Source of the DNA: a virus
Taxonomy: Duplodnaviria; Heunggongvirae; Uroviricota; Caudoviricetes
Direction: 5' to 3' (one strand)
Length of the DNA: 34,867 bases
IMG/VR virus record: IMGVR_UViG_2684622580_000006
The notes under the pieces are model-generated. The model made no database searches. It was given only the letters and a program-made list of their open reading frames with translations, and was not told the DNA's origin. Both the position numbers and the translations under genes were made by a program. Shown here in pieces: positions 25,756 through 34,867 of the stretch (position 1 is the first letter of the stretch; the number at the start of each line of letters is the position of its first letter).

Positions 25756-28700
25756 TGGCCATTGCTGCTATTGGTGCAATTATTGCGGGTGCTTCCGCTG
25801 CTGCTGCTGCATATGCCGCTGGTGCTGCAATTGCTGTTGCTATCGGTATTGGTGTTGCTGTTGCTGCTGTTTCGGGATTAATGTCCTATTCGATGAAAGA
25901 ATCTGTTCCTCGATTTAATAGCGCAGACACTGCAACGACATTAGGAACAACGTCTGACCCTGCAAGCGTAATTCCTATTATCTACGGCGAACAACGCACA
26001 GGGACAATTAACGTTTGGAAAGCTGTTGGTGTCGATACGACTTATCTGGTGCAAGTCTTTGCAATCTGTGAAGGAGAAGTTGATAGCTTCAAAAACCTGT
26101 ATATGGATAATCAGAAAATCTTACTTGATGGAACTTACAGAGATGGAATTTTAGATAAAGGCTCTATCGCTGCCGAATATCAGAATTTCGTTGAAATTGA
26201 ATTCTCAACTGGTAAACCATACGGTCACGTTTTCACGCTTGCTCAAAAATATCTGGGTAATGATGTTGCTGGTTGGCCTGATTCTGCAACTGGTAATGGT
26301 ATCGCTTCTGTGTGTGTTGTTATGCGCAAACGTAACACAGACTTAGAAAACCAAGCTGATATTCTGCAACCTAACAGTCAAGTAGCTGTTGACGTTAGAG
26401 GACGTTTGATTACAGACCTGAACACAGGAGGCATCGTCCCTTCAAACAATGGTCCTAGTCAAGCAGTCGATTATCTGACGAACGAACGTTACGGTCTGGG
26501 TATTCCACTTGATAAAATCAATCTTGATAGTTTCAAGCAATGTGCAGAACACGCAAAACTGAACAGTCTGTTTTCTAACGGTGCAACTGACCCGAATGGT
26601 TCATTCAAAGAAAACTTAACTCAGATTGCAGGTGCTTTTAACGGTATTATCACTGAATCTTTCGGACTGGTTACTTGCGTTATCGATGGTCCTGGTGTTG
26701 TTCAATATGATTTCAACGAAGATAATATTAATGCTGGAACTGTTAGCTTGAATGATGGCGGAACAGAGAATTACTACAATACTCTGAACGTGAAATATCA
26801 AGATCCTGAAATCGATTATTCTGACCAAGTTCTTCGTTATCCGTCTGACGTAACAAATGATGGAACTATCGCGAAAGACAAACGTATTATCGCAAAAGAT
26901 ATCAGTTACAGATTCGTTAAAGGAAAAGACCAGTTAGACAAAATTGCTTCAATCGAACGAAGCAAATCACTGTTACAACAGGTTATTAGTTTTTCTTCTA
27001 CTGATGCTTATACCGTACAAGTATGGGATATTATCAGAGTTAATTTCGAAGAACTGGAACTGACTGATTCATTATGGCGAGTAACTAACGTTGATCGCAC
27101 GATGGAAAAAGGTGCTGCTGGTATCGTTACTATTACCGCTGCTGAATATATCGAAGAAGTTTATACCGATCTTGACTACGCGAAAGACCCGGATAACTCA
27201 GGAAGTAACATTCCAAACAAAGCTGTTCTTATTCCACCGAAGAATCTGACAGTTAAAGCAGTTGCTGAAACAGCACTCGGAAGAACTTTGAAAGTGCAAT
27301 GGACGTCTGAACCTGATTATAACCGCGCAGGTTATTATATTCAGTATAGTCTTGCTGGCAAGAACTCCTGGACTCAAGCAGGTTTCACATCAGGCGATTA
27401 TTTCTTGATTATGAGTCTTGATCCTAATCAGAAATTTGATATTCGTGTTTGTGCTTCTGGTGTTGTGTATCGTTCAGATTGGGTATATGTGAATAACGTT
27501 AACCCTGATGTTACGTATAACTTACCAAGCGTCACAGGATTACGCCTAGTGAACGCGGTTGAAAATCAGTACACCACTAACAAGACTCAATTTGAATTCG
27601 CTTGGGACGACCAGAGCGCACAGAAATTCTATGTTGACGACACGTTACAGACATTCGGTGAAGTTTTTCAATATTACGAAATTAAACTCGAAGGTCAACG
27701 TCCTGTAATTTGCAAGACTAAAGATTTAGGTTTTGTATATGACTTTAATATGAACTTGGGTAATGGTCTGAGTCGTGAACTGAAAGTTTCTGTTACTGCA
27801 TACGGTCACGCTGGTATGAAATCAGATCCGAGTATTATTACTGTTAAGAACAATCAAGCTCCTGCGATTCAAGGTTTCACAGCTTCTAATGGTCCTGGAA
27901 TGCTGATGTGTTCATGGAATGACCCACGCGATAATATTCCTGAAGTTCCTGACTTCAAAGGCACAATCGTTCATATTGCGAAAGACCAAAGCTTTAATGA
28001 AATTGTCCACGTTTATTCAAGCTCAAGTCCGTTTTTAGACAACTTCCCGTTAGAAGATGGTCAATTCTATGTTCGTGCAGCATGGTATGACGTTTTCGGA
28101 CAAGACCAGATTACTTGGTCACAGGCGACTTATATCGATATGAAATGGGATATTCCATGGAACGACGATATGAAAGACCAGTTGGAAGACTTGTTAGATC
28201 TGAACAACCGAGTTGATGGTGCTATCGATGAAGCGTTGAAACTTGCTAAGGAATATACTGACACCGAGGTTATTGCTTCTGAACAAAAAGTTGTTACCGA
28301 ACTGAATCAGACAATCACAACGAAAAACACCGAACTGTATACACAAATTACAGATGAAACGAATGGCGCTATTAATCAGGCTATTACGATTCAAGAGGCG
28401 AATTTCGATGGAAAACTGAATTCAGCAATCACTAAAGTTGAAAAAACTCAAGCTGATGATAGAGAGGCAACTGCAAGTTCTATTAGCCAACTGAAAGCTG
28501 AAACTGACTCGGCAATTGCAAGTGTTTCAACAGAAGCAAAAGCAAGCGTTGACGAACTGACAGGAACTATTAACAGCAAATGGGCAGTTCAGACTAATGC
28601 CGACGGTGTTGTTGCTGGTATCAGTATGCTCGCTAATAAAAATGCTGACGGTTCGAAATCATCAAGCATTATTTTCAACGCTGATAAAATCGCTATTACG

Positions 28701-29444
28701 AATAACAACACTCCTGAAGGTGCTGTTCCTCCGTTCATGGTTGCAGATAATAAGACTTATCTTCAAGATGCTATGATTCGCGATGCTTCAATCGGTAATG
28801 CGAAAATTGGTTATGCTGCTATTGATACAGCGAAGATTCAAGACGCTGCTATTAACAACGCTAAAATTCAAGATGGTGCTATTACATCAGCGAAGATCGG
28901 TAATGCTCAGATCGGTAATGCTCAGATTGCTTATGAAATATCGTCTGATAACTGGTTCCCTTCCGGTGGTACTCAAGGTTGGACAATCAGAAAAGACGGT
29001 TGGGCTTCTTTCCAAAACGTTAATATCAGAGGTAACATTCAAGCAGATTCTGGTTATTTCGCAGGTGAAATCAGAGGCGGTTCAGGTTATTTCACAGGAA
29101 CTGTATACGCTGACAGAATTGAAGGTGACGTTATCAAAATGGGTCATATAGATCCGTGGACAACAGTTCATATTCCTGCTGTTAACTGGAACAGAGTAAT
29201 TGCTATTCCAAACCTTGCGATTTCAGGCAGAACTTATTCTGGTGGCGCTTGGGGCTACGGAACTGCATGGATTAATATGACGAACGGTCAAGAAATCGTA
29301 AGAACAGTTACCAGTGCAATGAGTGGTTCAAACGGTGGTACGGCTATTATCTATGCGGGACAAGCTGTTGATTTGAGTTACGGTGCTGACTTGAATCATG
29401 CGACCGCAGCAAGAGCAGTTTACTTTATCAGTAAACAACAATAA
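25755..29444 (+). CDS. Host-specificity / central tail fiber protein (lambda gpJ-like) with an unusual hydrophobic N-terminal segment
   Basis: 1229 aa; [23 protein letters not shown] resembles gpJ ISEGPIEGPVDGLKSVLLNSTPVLD; FN3-like block ([13 protein letters not shown]...); [13 protein letters not shown]...[10 protein letters not shown] resembles gpJ GIGLSMEDTEEGK...FVAQGNQIF; first 45 residues are Ala/Gly/Ile-rich. Confidence 0.6.
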   Translation: MAIAAIGAIIAGASAAAAAYAAGAAIAVAIGIGVAVAAVSGLMSYSMKESVPRFNSADTATTLGTTSDPASVIPIIYGEQRTGTINVWKAVGVDTTYLVQVFAICEGEVDSFKNLYMDNQKILLDGTYRDGILDKGSIAAEYQNFVEIEFSTGKPYGHVFTLAQKYLGNDVAGWPDSATGNGIASVCVVMRKRNTDLENQADILQPNSQVAVDVRGRLITDLNTGGIVPSNNGPSQAVDYLTNERYGLGIPLDKINLDSFKQCAEHAKLNSLFSNGATDPNGSFKENLTQIAGAFNGIITESFGLVTCVIDGPGVVQYDFNEDNINAGTVSLNDGGTENYYNTLNVKYQDPEIDYSDQVLRYPSDVTNDGTIAKDKRIIAKDISYRFVKGKDQLDKIASIERSKSLLQQVISFSSTDAYTVQVWDIIRVNFEELELTDSLWRVTNVDRTMEKGAAGIVTITAAEYIEEVYTDLDYAKDPDNSGSNIPNKAVLIPPKNLTVKAVAETALGRTLKVQWTSEPDYNRAGYYIQYSLAGKNSWTQAGFTSGDYFLIMSLDPNQKFDIRVCASGVVYRSDWVYVNNVNPDVTYNLPSVTGLRLVNAVENQYTTNKTQFEFAWDDQSAQKFYVDDTLQTFGEVFQYYEIKLEGQRPVICKTKDLGFVYDFNMNLGNGLSRELKVSVTAYGHAGMKSDPSIITVKNNQAPAIQGFTASNGPGMLMCSWNDPRDNIPEVPDFKGTIVHIAKDQSFNEIVHVYSSSSPFLDNFPLEDGQFYVRAAWYDVFGQDQITWSQATYIDMKWDIPWNDDMKDQLEDLLDLNNRVDGAIDEALKLAKEYTDTEVIASEQKVVTELNQTITTKNTELYTQITDETNGAINQAITIQEANFDGKLNSAITKVEKTQADDREATASSISQLKAETDSAIASVSTEAKASVDELTGTINSKWAVQTNADGVVAGISMLANKNADGSKSSSIIFNADKIAITNNNTPEGAVPPFMVADNKTYLQDAMIRDASIGNAKIGYAAIDTAKIQDAAINNAKIQDGAITSAKIGNAQIGNAQIAYEISSDNWFPSGGTQGWTIRKDGWASFQNVNIRGNIQADSGYFAGEIRGGSGYFTGTVYADRIEGDVIKMGHIDPWTTVHIPAVNWNRVIAIPNLAISGRTYSGGAWGYGTAWINMTNGQEIVRTVTSAMSGSNGGTAIIYAGQAVDLSYGADLNHATAARAVYFISKQQ
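28783..28932 (+). repeat. Tandem hexapeptide-coding repeats inside the gpJ-like gene
   Basis: Encodes [52 protein letters not shown]; the nucleotide repeat atcggtaatgctcag is directly duplicated. Confidence 0.6.
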
Positions 29445-29448
29445 CGTT

Positions 29449-29458
29449 CTAAATAAAG
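29449..29458 (+). promoter_or_regulatory. Late-promoter-like motif CTAAATAAAG
   Basis: Exact 10-mer; 30 nt upstream of the ATG at 29489. Confidence 0.4.
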
Positions 29459-29488
29459 ACAAGGAGGTCTTTAAAAAGGAGATTCAAG

Positions 29489-29773
29489 ATGGTCGATATG
29501 GCACTGATCATTTCCATCTTGGGTGCTCTAGGAGGTTTCTTGGCTTGGGTTTATGCCGAAATTAAATCAAACAATGAAAAACGACTTGACCTTGAGAAAC
29601 GTTTCTCAGACATCGAAAAAAGCATTGCCGTTAATGACGCAAAAGATGCTTCGCTTATAAGCGATATAACCAGACAACAGGATGAATTTCGAGAGGTCAA
29701 ATCTGATTTGAAGAATTTAGAAGGAAGGACATCAAAGCTAGACATCGACCTAGCAGTTCTAAGAGGAAAATGA
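29489..29773 (+). CDS. Membrane-anchored coiled-coil protein (holin / i-spanin-like topology)
   Basis: 94 aa; N-terminal transmembrane helix MALIISILGALGGFLAWVYA followed by a charged coiled coil; AAGGAG SD. Confidence 0.5.
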   Translation: MVDMALIISILGALGGFLAWVYAEIKSNNEKRLDLEKRFSDIEKSIAVNDAKDASLISDITRQQDEFREVKSDLKNLEGRTSKLDIDLAVLRGK

Positions 29774-30246
29774 AAAGAAAAGAGATTCCGATTTATAAGC
29801 AAGAACTCTTTCAAAAGCAAAAAGGTCTTTGTGCGTTAACAGGCATAAAGATTCACGAAGTTAATAAAGCCCATCTTGACCATGACCATATTTTAACAGG
29901 CTCTAACGCAGGCAGATGCAGAGGATTATTAATCGCTCAAGCAAACGTCCTCGAGGGTAGAATAAAACATCAGTTTAAACGTTCAGGTCTCGATGGGAAA
30001 ATTGACTACATCGAGTTTTTAAAGAATCTTGTTCAGTATCTTGAAAAAGACTACTCAGACAATCCTACGCATCCACAACTTATTCCCGATTTAAAGAAAG
30101 CGTTCTCTCGAAAAAATCTTTCTGAGATGAAAGCTATTACAGGTTCAAACCTTAAAACGAAAAAGGAGCTTGAAAAAGTCTACTCAAACCAAATAAAGGT
30201 GAAATATGAAAATGAAATATCTCCAAGCAATGGCAAAACACGCTAA
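29770..30246 (+). CDS. Endonuclease VII (T4 gp49-like Holliday junction resolvase) homolog
   Basis: 158 aa; HLDHDHILTGSNAGRCRGLL...EGRIKHQFKRSGLDGKIDYIEFLKNLVQYLEKDYSDNPTHP aligns closely to T4 Endo VII HLDHDHELNGPKAGKVRGLL...EGQMKHKFNRSGLKGQGVDYLEWLENLLTYLKSDY. Confidence 0.85.
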   Translation: MKRKEIPIYKQELFQKQKGLCALTGIKIHEVNKAHLDHDHILTGSNAGRCRGLLIAQANVLEGRIKHQFKRSGLDGKIDYIEFLKNLVQYLEKDYSDNPTHPQLIPDLKKAFSRKNLSEMKAITGSNLKTKKELEKVYSNQIKVKYENEISPSNGKTR

Positions 30247-30403
30247 AGATTATCTTATTGTTCTATTTCTCGTTACTGTAACTTATAACACTGTTGCTGT
30301 TCCTGTTCTGCAAGCTTTCGATATTAAAGCGCCTAAAATGATTCTTATCAGCGAAGAACAGATTAAAACATTCGGGGCACTTCTGATGTCAGGAGTGAAC
30401 TAA
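30206..30403 (+). CDS. Small membrane protein (65 aa), holin/antiholin-like
   Basis: AGGTGA SD 5 nt before the ATG; one hydrophobic helix YLIVLFLVTVTYNTVAVPVLQAF; overlaps the 3' end of the Endo VII gene. Confidence 0.4.
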   Translation: MKMKYLQAMAKHAKDYLIVLFLVTVTYNTVAVPVLQAFDIKAPKMILISEEQIKTFGALLMSGVN

Positions 30404-30945
30404 TGGCAAAAGCAAAAGATGTTATGAAAGACCTTGAAAAATGGCGAATCAAAGAATCTGACGTGTTCAGTAAGAAAGTAACCAAAGCGTCTAAACTCGC
30501 TTCTGTTGAGTTGCAAAGAAAAATCAATAGACGTGTTGACGGACCAGTTAATTTCACTAAGAACGCAGTAGGTTTCAGTTTCAGATACGATCAGAACGGG
30601 TCACGAAATAGAATATTCATCAAAGACAAGCAGGCTGATTATCTTGCTCCGTTGATTGATGATAACAAAGGAATTAACAAGTTTGTTCCAACTGGCGTAA
30701 GAGGTTCAAAGAACAAATTCGGTAACATTCCTAACTTGAAATCAAGAAATAATCTTGAAGCTGTCAAACAGAAAAAAGATGGCGTAACTCGAACGATCCT
30801 CATTAAAACTAACGTTAAAAAGCAAGACCGTCGTTTAATTGCTGTGTTCAAGAAAAATCAACATAGAAGAAAAACTCTGGGTTCATGGAATCAAATCTCT
30901 GACGATTTTTTCAAAACCGTTAAGCGTGTTGCGGGCACTAAATAA
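30403..30945 (+). CDS. Basic hypothetical protein (180 aa)
   Basis: Lys/Arg-rich; coupled to the preceding ORF. Confidence 0.55.
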   Translation: MAKAKDVMKDLEKWRIKESDVFSKKVTKASKLASVELQRKINRRVDGPVNFTKNAVGFSFRYDQNGSRNRIFIKDKQADYLAPLIDDNKGINKFVPTGVRGSKNKFGNIPNLKSRNNLEAVKQKKDGVTRTILIKTNVKKQDRRLIAVFKKNQHRRKTLGSWNQISDDFFKTVKRVAGTK

Positions 30946-30947
30946 AG
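30938..30947 (+). promoter_or_regulatory. Late-promoter-like motif CTAAATAAAG
   Basis: Exact 10-mer overlapping the stop of the upstream gene; 16 nt before the ATG at 30963. Confidence 0.4.
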
Positions 30948-30962
30948 TCAAAAGGAGAACAA

Positions 30963-31280
30963 ATGAACATTCACGATTTTGATACTTACAGATTAGACGA
31001 ACTTGCCGACATCTACGTTAACGAGATTAATCCCGAGTCAATGACTGTTCCTTACGGTTGCGAACACATCAAAGATAAGCGCATTAAAAAATATCTGTTC
31101 AACGATAAAAACGTTTTTATTGTTTCAACACAAAAGAAAAAACCTAATTGTCATTTCAAATTAGGACAGACAGTTCGACTGCAAGGTCCATTTTTTGAGA
31201 CCGAAGCGAAGAACTTAGGAATGATTGAATATATCCACAAAGGTTTCAGAATGTACGGATATTTCTTTCAATGGAAATAA
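30963..31280 (+). CDS. Hypothetical protein (105 aa)
   Basis: AAGGAG SD; followed by an imperfect hairpin plus T-tract at 31286-31307. Confidence 0.55.
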   Translation: MNIHDFDTYRLDELADIYVNEINPESMTVPYGCEHIKDKRIKKYLFNDKNVFIVSTQKKKPNCHFKLGQTVRLQGPFFETEAKNLGMIEYIHKGFRMYGYFFQWK

Positions 31281-31307
31281 CAAAAGGAAGCCTCGCGCTC
31301 CCTTTTT

Positions 31308-31319
31308 CATAAATAAAAG
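31308..31319 (+). promoter_or_regulatory. Late-promoter-like motif CATAAATAAAAG
   Basis: Variant of the CTAAATAAA motif, 25 nt upstream of the ATG at 31344. Confidence 0.35.
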
Positions 31320-31343
31320 AAAACTCAACAAAGGGAAACAAAA

Positions 31344-31652
31344 ATGAATTTCGATGAAATGTTAGCATCATTATCACCAAAACGCGAAGCTGTTGAAATC
31401 AACGGTTATAAATTCTATGCACGTCCGATGACTGTATCCGAGTTTGGTGAATTCTATTTCAAAAATGAAAACACAGAAGAACGTAATGACCGAATGATTC
31501 TGAATTGTATTCAGCACGAAGACGGAACAAGCGTTTTTAAAGAAATCTCTCAAGTTCAGAAACTTTATACAACTGTTCGTTCGCAACTCGCAAGCGCTGT
31601 TTCAAACGCTAGTATTCTGACTAAGGATTCAGACATTCTGGAAAAGAACTAA
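31344..31652 (+). CDS. Tail assembly chaperone (lambda gpG-like)
   Basis: 102 aa ORF immediately upstream of the tape measure gene; the next ORF overlaps in the -1 frame. Confidence 0.6.
   Translation: MNFDEMLASLSPKREAVEINGYKFYARPMTVSEFGEFYFKNENTEERNDRMILNCIQHEDGTSVFKEISQVQKLYTTVRSQLASAVSNASILTKDSDILEKN
31640..31646 (+). other. Candidate -1 programmed frameshift site G_GAA_AAG (G to GT fusion)
   Basis: In the chaperone frame ...CTG GAA AAG AAC TAA; the -1 frame is open from 31625 and continues into the 31688 ORF, which has no SD of its own; the Lys tRNA can re-pair on AAA. Confidence 0.45.
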
Positions 31653-31687
31653 GACAGAACTGGGCAAAATCATTTCAGTATCGAACA

Positions 31688-32050
31688 ATGTTACGTCGCG
31701 GATTATCTAACGAAGAAATTCAACAGATGTCCGTAATGATGTATTATGAATTATGGTTTTTCGATTCGTTTATTGAACCACAAAGTCCTGTCTATAACGA
31801 TTTCTATCAAGCTCGATTGATTCACACTATCGAAGCAAATAACCCGAATCTGACCAAAGAGTACAGGAAAAAGTTGAACATGAAAGACCATCAGCTTATT
31901 AAAGATTCTGTGTTTAAGTCTCAAGAAGAAATCGAAAAAGAGAAAGAACAACAGGAGATTAAACGTAAGAAAGCTATTGAATCGATGTTCGACCCAGCTC
32001 TGTTAGATAAAGTTAAACTGAGAAAAACAAAAAAGGTGAATAATGGCTAA
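31688..32050 (+). CDS. Tail assembly chaperone C-terminal extension (gpT-like), probably expressed as a G-T fusion
   Basis: 120 aa ORF in the -1 frame relative to the chaperone ORF; no ribosome-binding site upstream of its ATG; overlaps the tape measure start by 8 nt. Confidence 0.5.
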   Translation: MLRRGLSNEEIQQMSVMMYYELWFFDSFIEPQSPVYNDFYQARLIHTIEANNPNLTKEYRKKLNMKDHQLIKDSVFKSQEEIEKEKEQQEIKRKKAIESMFDPALLDKVKLRKTKKVNNG

Positions 32051-34442
32051 ATCACGTTATGACGTTGAGATTAACGGAGATAACAAAGGCCTTTCAAAAT
32101 CTATTGATAAGTCTATGGAGCAACTGAACGAACTTGATTCGGTTGCTAATGGACTTTTTAGTAATATGACAGGACCGTTGAATAATCTCAACAGTGGAAT
32201 ATCAGGTATTGCAGGAATGTCCTCGGGTATGCAAGCTCTGGGGATTGCAGGAATGGCAGCAGGTGTAGGTGTCGCCGCTCTTAATACCGCTTTAGAAAAA
32301 ACAAGAGAACTTAATCAGATCTCTACGTCAACTGGACTTTCAGTTGAATATCTGCAACAGCTTCAAAAAGAATTTCGCACTACAGGAATGGAAATTGACC
32401 GATTCGGGGATCTTAACAAAGATACTCTCGACCATCTCGGTGATTCATTCAGAGAAGGCGCAGGTGGTATTGGTGATGACCTTGAAAAATGGGGTATTGG
32501 TCTTGAGCGATACACTCAATATGTTAACGACGCTGAAGGCGGTATTAAAGCACTTGTTCAGACGTATTATGACCTGAAAAAAGCTGGTGCAAGTCAAGCT
32601 GAAATCGTTAACGGAATGGAGTCTATGGCTTCTGACGGTTCTCACTTGATTACTGTTCTTGAAAAATACGGCTCAACTCAAGAAGCATTAAACGCTATCA
32701 ATAACCAATCAGCTAGTATTACAAACGAAACAGCAAGAGAATACCAAGGATTCGATGAAAACATGAAAACGCTTTCGGTGAACTTGGATAATTTAACTGT
32801 TAACGTTATGGGTCCTCTCGTTTCGAAAATGAATAATCTTTATGATATTGCGAATAAAGATTGGACAGCTAGTAATATCCTCGATTTCTTTACTAAGATT
32901 GATAGCTTACGTCCTGATAAGATGTTAGCAGATTGGGCGGCTGACACAGTTGTTGATGCTTACGCAGACGCTAATCCTACTTCTGGCGCAGGTCAACGTA
33001 AACAGCAAAAAGATTATCTTGATACGACAGAACGTTTTCTGAAACAGACCAAAGCTCAAGGCGATAAAGCTTATGAAAAACGTAAGCAAGACGAAATAAC
33101 ACGAGCGAAGTTACAGAAACAGCGTAATGAGAAAGCCGCTGAGGATGCGAAAAAAGAAGCTGATAAAGCTAAACGCGAAGCTGACAGAATAGCAAGAGAG
33201 CAAGAACGCGCTGGGAAAGAAAAGCTACGCTTACAGGAGCAAGCCGCAAGAGAATCTAAAGCTGCTTACGATAAGATGATGCAAGAAAGGGAGACAGCGT
33301 TACAGAGTCTTTCCAGTCTTGATGCTGCAATTCTGAGTCAAGAAGGTCGCACGATTTCAAATCAGGTTAGTCAAGTTCAACAGGCTATTAAAACTATCTC
33401 AGAACTTGAGAAAAAAGGAATTATCTCCGCTGAACAGGCTAAGCAACGTCGAAACATGCTGTTTAAAACATCTAATGCAGAATTTAAACAGACTCTTATG
33501 ACGAGTCCTGAAGAAATTGGAGCAATCACGACAAGTCTTGAAGTTGTATATCAGCAACAGCTTGAACAACTCGAAGCGAAGAAAGCCCAGTCGTTAATCA
33601 GTCAGCAAGAATACAACACACAGGTTGAAGCATTACAGCAAGACCATCAGTCACGTCTTGAAGCTATTAAAGCAACGAGCGGTGACGGTAATATGGCTAA
33701 TATGAAAAATCTCAGTGCGTTGGGTTTTGCAACTGACGAAGAACAGATGGCTATTCAACAAGCCGCGTTAGATGAACAATTTCAGAAAATGCGTGAACAG
33801 AACCAGAAATTATATGATGGTCAGTTAATCAATCACGAGCAATTCCTGCAACAGAAAGCACGTCTTGACCAAGCGTATGCCGCGAAGTCGAAACAAATTA
33901 CTTTCTTGGAAACTCAGACGAAACTCCAGATGTATAACGGGTTGGCTTCTGGTATGGGTTCAATAATCGCTGGTATCGCAGGTGAAAGTTCGGACGCTGC
34001 TCAAGCTGTATTTGCTATTCAGAAAGGAACAGCAATCGCAAGCGGTATGTTAAACGCTTATGAATCCGCGACTGCTGCAATGGCTAAATATCCTGGTCCT
34101 ATGGGTTACGCTATGGCTGCTTCAAGCTATGCGCGTGTTATCGGACAAGTCTTGCAGATGAAATCAGTGAATATTACTGGTATGGCTCACGATGGTATTT
34201 CAGAAGTGCCAAGAGAAGGGACATGGTTGCTTGATGGTGGCGAACGTGTTGTTGATGAACGCACTAACGGCGACTTAAAAGAATTCTTAGACAATAACAA
34301 AATAGGAGAAGCAACAAAAATCGATGCAAGTATTCACGTAAATGGAAATGTTACTGATCAGCGTTGGTTTGCTGAACAATTAAAACGTCAGCAACAGAAC
34401 ATCGCGGCTATTGTGCAAGACTGCAACAGACGCAAGATGTAA
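32043..34442 (+). CDS. Tail tape measure protein
   Basis: 799 aa, alpha-helical; Gly/Ala-rich hydrophobic segments (GIAGMSSGMQALGIAGMAAGVGVAAL; GLASGMGSIIAGIAG); long charged coiled coil (KAAEDAKKEADKAKREADRIAREQERAGKEK); follows the G/GT pair. Confidence 0.75.
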   Translation: MAKSRYDVEINGDNKGLSKSIDKSMEQLNELDSVANGLFSNMTGPLNNLNSGISGIAGMSSGMQALGIAGMAAGVGVAALNTALEKTRELNQISTSTGLSVEYLQQLQKEFRTTGMEIDRFGDLNKDTLDHLGDSFREGAGGIGDDLEKWGIGLERYTQYVNDAEGGIKALVQTYYDLKKAGASQAEIVNGMESMASDGSHLITVLEKYGSTQEALNAINNQSASITNETAREYQGFDENMKTLSVNLDNLTVNVMGPLVSKMNNLYDIANKDWTASNILDFFTKIDSLRPDKMLADWAADTVVDAYADANPTSGAGQRKQQKDYLDTTERFLKQTKAQGDKAYEKRKQDEITRAKLQKQRNEKAAEDAKKEADKAKREADRIAREQERAGKEKLRLQEQAARESKAAYDKMMQERETALQSLSSLDAAILSQEGRTISNQVSQVQQAIKTISELEKKGIISAEQAKQRRNMLFKTSNAEFKQTLMTSPEEIGAITTSLEVVYQQQLEQLEAKKAQSLISQQEYNTQVEALQQDHQSRLEAIKATSGDGNMANMKNLSALGFATDEEQMAIQQAALDEQFQKMREQNQKLYDGQLINHEQFLQQKARLDQAYAAKSKQITFLETQTKLQMYNGLASGMGSIIAGIAGESSDAAQAVFAIQKGTAIASGMLNAYESATAAMAKYPGPMGYAMAASSYARVIGQVLQMKSVNITGMAHDGISEVPREGTWLLDGGERVVDERTNGDLKEFLDNNKIGEATKIDASIHVNGNVTDQRWFAEQLKRQQQNIAAIVQDCNRRKM

Positions 34443-34468
34443 GAGTTTTTGCAAGCGATTTACGATAA

Positions 34469-34493
34469 TACGGGGTGAATAAAATCCCCCCGT
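34469..34493. terminator. Stem-loop between the tape measure gene and a convergent minus-strand gene
   Basis: acgggg ... ccccgt stem with an A-rich loop; followed by ttaattg. Confidence 0.3.
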
Positions 34494-34510
34494 TAATTGT
34501 TCTAAAAAAA

Positions 34511-34867
34511 CTAAAGCACAGCTTGAAAACTCTGCCATTCAGGTGCATGCATTAGTACCGCGCTTTGTTCATTTCTATTCCAGATAGATACAGCTTTTCC
34601 CATATAGAAAAAATGCGATGTAGCATCGTTACTTTTCTTTTCGCTGCTTTTCCCTGTTTTTGTATATACGACAACAAGATCGCCAGCACGAACAGACTTA
34701 TCCGGAAACCAAAATGTTTCATAAATGCCAGTGTTCACTGACTCATTCTCAAATCCTGTTTGTAGTAGGATAAATTCACCAATATTGCATGAACTGTCAA
34801 CTCGAATGACAATTCGTTCCTTCTCTAAGTTTCCTGGTTCGCGAATTGCTGTAATATTAACTTTCAT
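34511..34867 (-). CDS. Hypothetical protein, convergent with the tail module; may be truncated by the window edge
   Basis: 118 aa ORF whose ATG is the last 3 nt of the window; no recognisable motif. Confidence 0.5.
   Translation of the reverse strand: MKVNITAIREPGNLEKERIVIRVDSSCNIGEFILLQTGFENESVNTGIYETFWFPDKSVRAGDLVVVYTKTGKSSEKKSNDATSHFFYMGKAVSIWNRNEQSAVLMHAPEWQSFQAVL

Overview
The window is a host/prophage junction. An enterobacterial ybiT-type ABC-F ATPase gene (153-1745, minus strand, GC-rich) abuts, 39 bp upstream of its start, a large serine recombinase gene (1785-3290) that opens an AT-rich prophage-like element running to the window end (at least 33 kb). Recognisable phage genes: T4-type lysozyme, Nu1-like small terminase, gpA-like large terminase, lambda-family portal, a fused prohead protease-scaffold-capsid protein, a tail fiber with a C-terminal S74 chaperone domain, a tail-tube-like protein, a gpJ-like protein, a T4 endonuclease VII homolog, G/GT-type chaperone ORFs with a candidate -1 frameshift, and a tape measure protein. 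The most interesting part is a 5.7 kb AT-rich accessory island between the small and large terminase genes, plus a second cargo locus at 6.0-7.5 kb. Candidate defence-like cargo: (i) a small protein plus a TIR-like-domain protein operon (6310-7493); (ii) two paralogous Cys-His-Asp (transglutaminase/papain-like) proteins followed by an HEPN-motif protein (8769-10567); (iii) a GIY-YIG/NUMOD homing endonuclease, a lipoprotein, and HTH regulators. Other signals: a 0.93 kb repeat-rich non-coding region flanked by a 16-bp direct repeat, a recurring CTAAATAAAG motif upstream of late genes, and two families of terminator hairpins. All homology calls are from reading the translations, not from database searches.
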